Of a DNA stretch of 64,000 nt, positions 51,471 through 61,500 are shown one piece after another; positions within the stretch are counted from its first letter, which is position 1, and each line of letters begins with the position of its first letter. The position numbers were made by a program, and so were the translations under genes. Under the pieces are notes generated by a model. It did no database searches and was not told where the DNA came from. It saw nothing but the letters and a program-made list of their open reading frames with translations. Source of the DNA: Azolla caroliniana (lineage: Eukaryota; Plantae; Polypodiophyta); assembly GCA_043228905.1 (NCBI GenBank), contig JBHGNT010000017.1, positions 9,734,001 to 9,798,000 on the forward strand, read 5' to 3'.

Positions 51471-51743
51471 CAAAGAATACGCAACGTAAAAGTATATTGA
51501 CAAAGGAGAAAGACTCAACATTTTACAAGGTGGGAGGAGGGTGCTTTATGTAGTCACCCTCTCTCTCCATTAACTACAAGAGTCATGGAGCATGGGGAAT
51601 GTGTCATAGAATATGATTCTATGATTCATACTAAATGCTAGAATACAAAGTGGTGACATAATGGTGACTCTTGACCGTTGGAGTGTCTCTTCACTCTCAA
51701 GGTGAATTCACACACTAGACCAAGTTGAGCTTGATTCTCAACA
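49219..51743 (-). mobile_element. 5' half of copia I (A family): LTR 51358-51743, PBS, gag, protease, integrase N-part
   Basis: PBS TGGTATCAGAGT abuts the LTR; ORFs 50361-51110 and 49425-50354 are collinear with A; interrupted by H in integrase. Confidence 0.92.
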
Positions 51744-54700
51744 CCAATTGACCAAATAATAAAGTTTGTTGCAAACAAACTTGGAGTCAAGGACGGCAAG
51801 AACTTCATACTCTGGGCAGGCGTCTAACTCAAGCGGGGGTGGCGGTGGTGTAACACGATCGGGAATAGTGTTTGCTTTATAAGGGTCAAGAAGAGAACTA
51901 TAGAAGATCAGATGTATCTGAAGATGTGGAGGAAGATCAAGGTGGAATGTGACATCATTAACCTTACCGGTAATATGGAAAGGACCGAGTCGTCGATAAT
52001 CCAACTTGTCGCACGGTCGAGTAGTCTTGATGTGACGACGTAAGAGCCATACTCGATCTCCAATGGCAAAAGAGGAGGGAAGCCGATGAAGATTCACATA
52101 AATCTTTAGTGTGTGTTGAGCATGACAAAGATGAGTAGAGAGATCTATCTGGATCTTGCATAGCCTCTCCAAATGATCCTCGGCACGCAGATTGGTAGGT
52201 AGCTCCGGGATGTCGATCACAGACCAACGAGAATGAGAACTAGTATAAGTGTAAAATGGGGAGACCCAAGTCGAGGAGTGAATAGCTTTATTATAAGCAA
52301 ACTCCGCAAAGTGGAGAATATCAGCCCAATCATCCTACTGATAACTCAGAAAACACCAGAGGTATTGTTCCAACGTTTGATTTGTTTGTTCCGCCTGCCC
52401 ATCGGTCTGGGGGTGGTAGCCGGAGGAGAGGTTACAAGAGACCTTGACCATCTTGAAGAGATGCTTCCAGAATTAGGAGACGAATCAAGGTCCTCGGTCA
52501 CTGATGATACTGTTTGGGAGGCCATGATGTTGAAATACCTCACGCATGACAAGGGTGGCGGTTTCCTCACTAGTGATGGCCTTAGTACATGGCACAAATT
52601 GTGCCATCTTAGTATATCGATCAATGACGGTTAAGATAGCATCAAAACCCTTCGAGACCGGCAAATCTATGATAAAATCAAGACAAATAGACTACCACGG
52701 CTTACTTGGAATCGGTAAGGGTTCCAACAAGCCATATGGATGATGTCGTGGTATCTTTGCTCGACAACAAGCATGACAAGTCCGAATGTAGTCGTCGACA
52801 AAACATCGCATATGGGGCCACCAAAAAGATCGTTGAACTAGATCCAACGTCTTCGTACTACCGAAATGTCCCGTTGTATGGGTGTCGTGACAATTTTCGA
52901 CGATTTGAAGGCGACAGGAGCAATCGGGAACATATATGAGCTTTTTAAAGAACAATAAACCATCATGATATTCGAATTGTTGGTAGTCCATACCTGGTTG
53001 TTGAGACTAGGAACAGGATGCCCGAGAGGTATCAATGTGCGCTAGAATGGCTTGAGCAAAACTGTCCATCTTCAAGTTAGCACATATGGCATTGATAATC
53101 TGGCAATCGAGTGGAGTTTGAAAAATCCGCGTTGTGTGCAAACGTGTTGGTCCCAAGGTTACATGCTTTTGATTATCAAACGTTGGATCACCAGGACGAG
53201 GTGCAAGATATGAACGACGCGATAATGCATCTACTTCTCCTTGTTGCTTCCTGAGTCGATATGTGCTTTTGAAGTCAAAACACGTGAGGAATTGGGCCCA
53301 CCGAACTTGCCGTCGATTTAGTACATGAGCGTTCTGGAAATAAGCAAGGTTTTTGTGATCACTAAAGACGATGACCTGATGTGGAGAGCTCTCTATGAAG
53401 TGCTGGCATTGCACAAATGAGTCCACAATGGCTAATAACTCCTTGTCATGTATCTTGTAGTTGATTTCCATGGCATCAAGTTTGCGTGAATGGAAAGCCA
53501 CATGATGTAACTCTTCTTTATCTCCTTGTTGAGAAAGGATGCTATCGAGGGTGAAATCCGATGCATCGGCCTCCATGATGAATGGTTTGTTTCTATTCAC
53601 ATGAGCTAGAATAGGAGCTGATGTAAAGGCTTTCTTAATATGCCTAAAAGCCATGTCCACTTCATTGGACCAAAGAAATGCCTATCCCTTCTTCGTAAGC
53701 TGTGTGAGAGGTAAAATAATCTTCGAGTAATCTTGTATAAACTTGCGGTAGAAGTTAGCAAAACCTAGGAAACATTGAACATCTCGTAACGAACGTGGAG
53801 TTTGCCACTCTAGCACAATTTTGACTTTAGCCGGATCCATGGAGATGCCCTTTGAGGAGATGATGTAGCCTAGAAATTCCACTTGCTTGCGGTCAAAGCT
53901 ACATTTTTCTAGTTTGGCATAAACACCATTCTCTCGAAGTCGTTTTAGTACTAATAGTACATGAGAATCATGCTCTTCATGGGTCTTCGAATAAATCAAT
54001 AGAATCATCCAGATAGATGATCAAATAGATATCCAAGAGGTCTCTGAATATATCATTTGCCATGTGTTGGAAAACTGCGGGTGCATTGGTTAGACCGAAT
54101 GTCATAACGGTATACTCGAAATGCCCATACCGCGTGTGAAAGGCAGTATTCCATTCGTCTCCCAGTCGGATCCGCACGAGGTTATACGCTCCTCGTAGAT
54201 CGATTTTTGTAAAAAACTTGGCACCATTTACTCGCTCTAAAAGACTTGATATAAGAGGAAGTGCATACTTATTCCTGATGGTGACCTTATTCAAGCCGCG
54301 GTAATCAACGACGAGACGAAGTGATCCATCTTTCTTCTTGACAAAGAAGATGGGTGCACCGGTCGGAGATATCGAATGACGAATAAAACCGCTTGCCAAG
54401 TTCTCCTCTATGTAGGCTCGACGGACTTCTAACTCGGTTGGTGACAAGTTGTAAATTGGTCCCCATGGTGGCTCTGTTCCTGGTTGTAAATCGATGGGAC
54501 AATCGTAGGGAAGATGATGAGGAAGAGTACCGGCTTTTACCTTGTCAAATACATCGGCATAAGGATGATATTTCGCCGGAAGTTGCACTGAGGATTCCTT
54601 CTTAATATTGGTGGAAGGATGTACTGATATTGCAAATAGAAACATTGCCTCCTTGTGTCCTTCGCGTAATTGATGGAGTGAAAGGGTTGAAACTTGATGA

Positions 54701-56733
54701 GTAGACTCTTGGGGTTGTGAATACCGGACTTATCTTGTTCTCCAATCTATGTCTGGATTATGTAATTCAAACCAAGGTAATCCCAGGACAATAGGATGCT
54801 CTGGACTACTAATTATATTAAATGATACCACACACACAAAACTACCTAGGACAACTTGAATGGGTTCTGACTCTTCTACAATATTCCCGGAAGCAATGAG
54901 ACGACCATCAATAACGACTACAGATGCGGGGCAAGGAAGTTTTCTTAAGGATATTTGAGAAGCTTGGGCAAAATTTCGATCCATGAAACAAGATTTGGCT
55001 CTGGAATCTAAAATTGCTAAGACGTGTACTGGAGGAGTACTTTTAGTACTAACCATGACTTGGGCTAAGAACACATTGCTAACTTGCTTTGAGGGAATGG
55101 AACCACTAATGGGTTGTACAGATCTAGGGTTGTCCAACCAAACGACCCCTATTTTGGCTGGACTTAATCGTTTAACTCTTCTTCTAATTGACTAAGGATT
55201 TCAAATTTGTTTGAGATACTTGGGCTATGAGTACTATTAATACTATCGGACACTCTATTAGTACTATTAATACTATCTGACACTCCTAAGGGAAGAATTG
55301 ATCGGGGTTTAGTACATGCTACGATTTGATTTACCTGTCTTCTTGGCCTATGGGGGCAGTTGATTGCAATATGCCCTGGTCCACCGCAATAAAGACATAA
55401 TCGATTTGCACGTCGTCGTTGCTTTTCTTCTTCCGATAATGGGCCATGTTGACGCATGGTGTCGATCTCCATCAGTGTCAGAGTATTTGCTTGAGATACG
55501 TCTCGTGCAAACGGTTTAACTGCGACTGAGGTGTATGTGGGCTCCAACCTAGGCGTGGTATTTGTAATTGACGTTCAGAACGTCGTTCGAAAAGGCGGTT
55601 GTCGCATTGGACCGCTCGACTGATTGCCTTTGTAAGAGACTTTGGTTCTTCGGGGAACGTTAGGAGTAAATCTTTGACATCATTTCGCAGGCCGTAGCGA
55701 AACTGCTCCATTAGTGCCTGATCATCCCAGGGGATATCGGAGGTGAGTAGATGGAAATCCGCCACGTAGGCAGAGGCTGGACGATCACCTTGACGCAATC
55801 GTCGGATTTTGTTGATCGTTGTCCTGATGCTGTTGGTATCTCCAAAGCATGCTTTAAACTTGCTAATAAAGTCTTCAAAGTTATTAAGCAAGGGTGATTG
55901 TTTTTCTAGAAGCGGAGCAAACCATGCCAAGGTTGAGCCGCTATGCAACGTGCCTATTAGGCCGATTTGGGATGCATCAGTGGGGTATCAGGAAGGATGC
56001 ATTTGAATGACTAAGCATACCTGATTAAGGAATCCCCTAAATTGCGATCGCATTCCATCGAATTTCACAGGAAGTCCAATCTTGGGCTCTTTATGAAATC
56101 CTTGGGGACTTGATCCTTGTTGTTGCAACGCTACGATGGTTGCTTCGAGTTGTTGTACACGTAACGCTAATTCCCCATGTTGTTGCTGCATTTGCTGTTT
56201 TTCTAGAGCGATTTGTTGAAGATCCCCTAACAATCGTTGGTTTTCTTGTTCCAAGGCAACAAATTTTTCTTTTAGACCCTGTAGCTTGGAGAAAACGGAT
56301 TGATATTCTTGGGCGCTAACGGTAGCCATATTATTGGAAAAAAGGGGTAAGAGGATGAGGGAAATCGAAAAGACGACTAGAGGCAAATTGGTTCAAACAG
56401 TCAGGATATAGTACTAAAATAGAGAGAGAATTAGTACTGGAGATGGGAAGTACTATTAGTACTAAGAGGACGGGACTGCGTAAGATTCCCGAGAGAGGGA
56501 GAGAGAAGAGGAGAGAGAGAGAGAGAGAGAGATAGCGAGGACGAGGGAGAGAGAGAGATGATGATAACCGATGATATATTATATGAAGAGTAAGTACAAA
56601 ATGGCTATGAGGCTTAAGATTGGCGTTGAACCAATTTGGTTCAACATAATGCCTTGTGCCTCATTTTATAGTGTTCTCTGGAGGAGTCCTGAAGCTTCTA
56701 GAATGTTCCAGAGAAATCTGGAATATACATTAA
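51744..56733 (-). mobile_element. Ty3/gypsy chromovirus J (Tcn1-like by inference): gag, PR, RT, RNase H, INT, chromodomain; decayed
   Basis: Gag [17 protein letters not shown]; PR ILDSRA; [12 protein letters not shown]...[11 protein letters not shown]...YLDD; RH EADASD; INT CHD...GHFG; LGPF; chromodomain EYEVLAVLDSK...YYLVNW cut by I. Confidence 0.93.
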
Positions 56734-58563
56734 TGAAAACGATTACTTGCGGAAGCGTTAGAAAACAGAGAAAGTAGAGAATACACAGAGTACACAAGAG
56801 AGACAGAGAGAGAAGAACGTGAAAGCTATATTCAAAACAATATATTCACTCTCTCACATACAACTGTGCTCAGTAGCACTATTTATACAAGTCCTCATGG
56901 GACTGACAGAAGTACCGTGTACTTCAATGCTCACACGAGCTTCTGACACTTACTACGAGACTATAATTGCCTAGTAGTCTAAACTAATACTAGGCTTCCG
57001 GTTACCGATTGGATCCGGCTAACCGGCTCCCCAGCTCACCGGCTCTGTTGCTTGCCAGCTCGGTTGCTCACGGCTTACCGATCCGTCTCGCTTGCCAGCT
57101 CAGGCTTATTCAGCCGATCCGTCTCCAGTTGACCTTGCCGCTCAACACTCCCCCTCAAGCTCAACTTGAGGTTGGACCCTAGTGTTAGCCTCTATGGCAG
57201 TCAGTTCTTCCAACCGACTTCTCCTGGCGTCGCTCCGCCTTGCTCGCACTCCTCGTCCGGTCCGGTTCTGTTTGCCATGACCCTTCTGGTTCTACGTGCT
57301 TCGACCTTCTCGGTCGCCATGTCTACTCAATAGGCCCCTCTCATCTCCTTCGTTGTTATGACTCCGGCGCTTGCTGATCCGTCGGTTCCTCCGCGATGGC
57401 ATCGACTTTCGCTGAATCCGTGTCTGCTTGGCCTCTAGTTGATTCAGTTCATCCGGATCCGTCTGTTGGTCCGAATCGGCTGTCCCCGATTCGTTCTAGC
57501 TCTTGTCCGAGTCGGTATCCTTCGACTCGTCTTTCGGTTTGAGGCCCTTCACCACATCAGACCACGTCCGGGTCTTGGCCTTGCTTCCATCCTCAGCTTC
57601 TTCAGCCTCCTTGTCTTCCCCTCTTCCGGTTCTTCCCTTACCGATGTCGGCAACAGTCTCTTTGCCTTTGCCCATTCTGACGGTGTCTTTGCCCCTTCTT
57701 CTCCCCCTCAAGTGCGGCATGTCGAGATGCTGAACACCAAGCATGTCGGTAAAGTGCTGCAACTTGTTCGATCCGAGCGTCTTGGTGAAAAAATTGGCAA
57801 CTTGCCGATCCGTGTGAACATACCGTAGTTCAACTTCACTGCTCAGGACCCGCTCATGCACAAAGTTATATTGCACTTCTATGTGCTTAGTGTGAGCGTG
57901 GAACTCAGGGTTCTTCGCGAGCTGCATGCTGCTGATGTTATCACAATAAATTGGGATTGGGGTCGGTACCTTGATCCGCAAGTCTCACAACAATCGCCGA
58001 AGCCAAATGGCTTCATAGGTGGCAAAGGTTGCGCCCCGGTACTCAGCCTCAAAGCTTGATAGAGCCATTGTTGGCTGCTTTTTGCTGCTCCACGCAACAA
58101 CTGCGCTACCTAGGGAAAACATGTAACCGGAGGTTGATTGGGGATCTGATGCATAGCCGGCCTAGTCGGCATCTGTGTAACCGACCAGCTCTTCGGTTAT
58201 ACCGCGCCAGTATAACAGTCCCCGGTCCTTCGTGCCACTTACATATCACAGTATCCGTTGCGCGCACTGAAGGTGCTCCACGGTCGGCTTCTACATGAAC
58301 TGACTTATCATTCCGACTGGATAGCTGATGTCGGGTCGCGTGATCGTCAAGTAAATAAGGCTTCCGACAATTTGTCGGAACTGTTGCTCGTTGTAGGCCG
58401 GTCCGGAGTTGGGACGAAGCTTCTGGTTCCGGTCCAAGGGTGTGGAGACAGGTCGGCATTCTATCATGCCGAACTTGTACAACATATTCAAGACGTAATG
58501 TCGTTGTGAGAGTAATATGTTGTCGGGGGTTCGGATCACCTCGATCCCAAGAAAATAATGAAG
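56734..58563 (-). mobile_element. 3' part of copia K (3' LTR 56734-57147, RT/RNase H, C-terminal tail), interrupted by L
   Basis: LTR TG...CA with PPT at 57148; peptides YLTITRPDISYPVG and FHAHTKHIEVQYNFV. Confidence 0.9.
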
Positions 58564-61500
58564 TGTTGAGAGACAAGCTCAACATCGGCCGGATCGGCTG
58601 AAGAAGCCGAGGACCGGATCGGTTGGGACCGATCGGTTAGGCCGAGTGCGTAAACCGGGAGGTCGTTAGGAAAGATATTCTGTGAGGAATATATTTGGGA
58701 GTTAGTGTAGGAGATCTTAATGAGCATTGAAGTACTGTCAGTACTTCGGTCAATCCTTCTAGGACTTGTATAAAAGTGTTCATTGAACACACATATGTAT
58801 AGAGTGTGGTGAATAGAGATTGGGTGGTTGTTGAATATAGTTCGTCTGTTTTCTCTCTCTCTCTCTCTCTCTCACTCTCTCACTCTCTCACTCTCTCCCG
58901 CGTATACTGTGTAAGCTCTAGCTCTCCATTAAACCTGAGTTTCCTTCCTTCTATTCGGTCTTAATACTTGCTTCCGCACACTACTTTCTACATGGTATCA
59001 GAGCGCGAGGGTTGAGAACCTCTCTGCAGCCGACACAGCTTGACGAAGAAGAACAAGAAGAACGATGGATAGAGGCATGGCAAGCTCGCTTCCAACAGAG
59101 AAGCTCGACAGAACCAACTACGCGTCTTGGTCCTACAAGATGCACTAGTACCTGCTCGGGCACGGCTACTGGAGTTATGTCGAAGGAGGTAATTACGCGG
59201 CACCCGAATCGACACACAGAGACTTCCCGTCGTGGGAGCAATCGGCGAGCAGGGTATTATACTGCTTCGCGTCGTGTGTGGGCGAACAACTATTGAGCTA
59301 TGTTCGGGATGCAAAGACGCTGAAGGGTGCGTGGGAAAATTTGAAGAAGATTTTCGCCGCGAGCACCAGAGCCAGGAAGCTTCAGCTCCGACCGGAGTTG
59401 AGAAACCTACAACAACGCGACTTGTCGGTGGCGGAGTATACCTCGAAGATCAAGGATATCTGCGACTCCCTCGCCTCCATAGAGGTGAACATCGAGGAGA
59501 GCGAGATGGTCCAGATCTGTCTCGGAGGTTTGGCGTCGAATTTTGGAGCGTTCCGAACGGCTGTGTGTACCCGGGAGAATACGCCGTCCTTTTTCGACTT
59601 ACAGTCAATGCTCCTGGTAGAGGAGAACCATGCGGGTGCGTCTACAAGCACGCACGCCGACATCAGAATGCTGTACACGGAGGGAGATAGGCCCCGTGGA
59701 TGTGGAGGACGAGGCGAGTCGGCGCACAATGGAGGCGGCCGACGAGATCAAGGAAGAAGGCACCGAAGTGATGTTGACAGTAACTCCGGACCCTCCGAAA
59801 ACAGGGGGAGTCGAAGCGATGAGAACCGGCAAGGGAAGGCCACTACGGAGTGCTGGTACTGTGGCAAGAAAGGCCACAGGGAAAGTGAGTGCTGGAAGAA
59901 GCGCGCCGATTCGGAGAGAACCGGTTCTGGAAACGGCTCCGGACATACCGACAAGGGAAATCGGCAGCGATCGCACTACGCCGAAGACTCCGGGAGAGCC
60001 GGAGAAGGGTCTGCCTTCGTGACGAGACACGAAGCAAACTCAATGATACAGAGCACCCTGAGATCGTACAAGGTGTGGTACGTAGACTCTCGCGCGTCAA
60101 ACCACATGACGAGCCATAAGGAGTGGTTCTCGTACCTTGAAAAACCGGTACAACCTGGGGTAGTCGCAACTAGAGACGACACTCTGCATCCGATCACGAA
60201 TGTCGGAGAAGTTCCCCTTAGCCATGTTGGGTAGAAAGGGAAACTCATGAATGTGCTGCACGTTCCGACAATCACGAAAAACTTGGTCTCGGTCGGACAG
60301 ATCGTCGACCAAGGGATGGAGGTTCGGTTTACACACCTCGGGTGCTTCATTGAGGAAGAAGGCCGTGTAATTGCACAAGGGCGCAGAAACGGGAGGATGT
60401 TCATCCTCGACTCCACTGACGGTGGCACCACAATGTTCGCGAAGGGACAAAAATCCGAGTCGGACATCGATTTGTGGCACAAGCGAATAGGCCACGTCAA
60501 CCACCAGCGGCTTCAACATCTGCAATCGAACTAGGTAGTGTTCGGATTGCCCAAATTTAGTGGTCGAAAGGCACAAATTTGTGAAGCTTGCCAGCTTGGG
60601 AAGCAACACCGACTTCACTTCCCCAACGAGCGAAATTGGAGCCGGAACAAGCTCGACCTTATACACTCCAATGTATGGGGGCCGACACAAAACGTTAGTC
60701 TTGGCGGGAGCCGATATTTCGTCTCCTTCATCTATGACCACACGCAGCACACGTGGATCTACCTCATTGAGAGGAAGAGCGAAGTCTTCGACTGTTTCCG
60801 GGACATCAAAGGGTTCGTGGAAGCCGAAACGGGACGAAAGATCAAGTGCCTGCGGTCGGATGGCGGGAAAGAGTACTTTTCCGGTCAATTCAACAGTTAC
60901 CTACAACAAATGGGAATTCGCCGCGAATTCAGTTGTAGATACACGCCGGAGCAGAACGGCGTGGCCGAGAGGAAGAATCGGTTAGTTGTGGAAGCGGCAC
61001 GGGCAATGCTGGAGGAGAAAAGCTTGCCCAAGTTCTACTGGGCCGAGGCGGTAAGGACTGCGGTATACATCCAGAACCGGATCGGAGACAAAGTGTCGGC
61101 GCACGAGCTATATTTCGGACTTGCGACACTTGAGGGTGTTCGGTAGCATTGCGTATGTGCATGTACCGAACGAGAAAAGGAGGAAGCTGGACGCAAAGGC
61201 CGAGAAATGCATCTTGGTCGGTTACTCGGACGAGCAAAAGGGTTATAAGTGCTATAACCCTTGCACCAAACAAGCGCGTGTCAGCCACGACGTTGTGTTT
61301 GATGAGTCCGCGTCCTGGTACCTGCCCCCAATCCGAGCTCTGACGATGAGGTCAGCGAGGCCGAGATACCTCCGGATGAGCCCGAAATCGAGACCCGCGA
61401 AGAGAGTCTGATTTCACTCCGGTTAAGTGGACCGATTGGACGACTGAGTCGGTACGACCAGTCCGATGAAGAGCCGGCGAGTAGTGGAGACTCGGCCATG

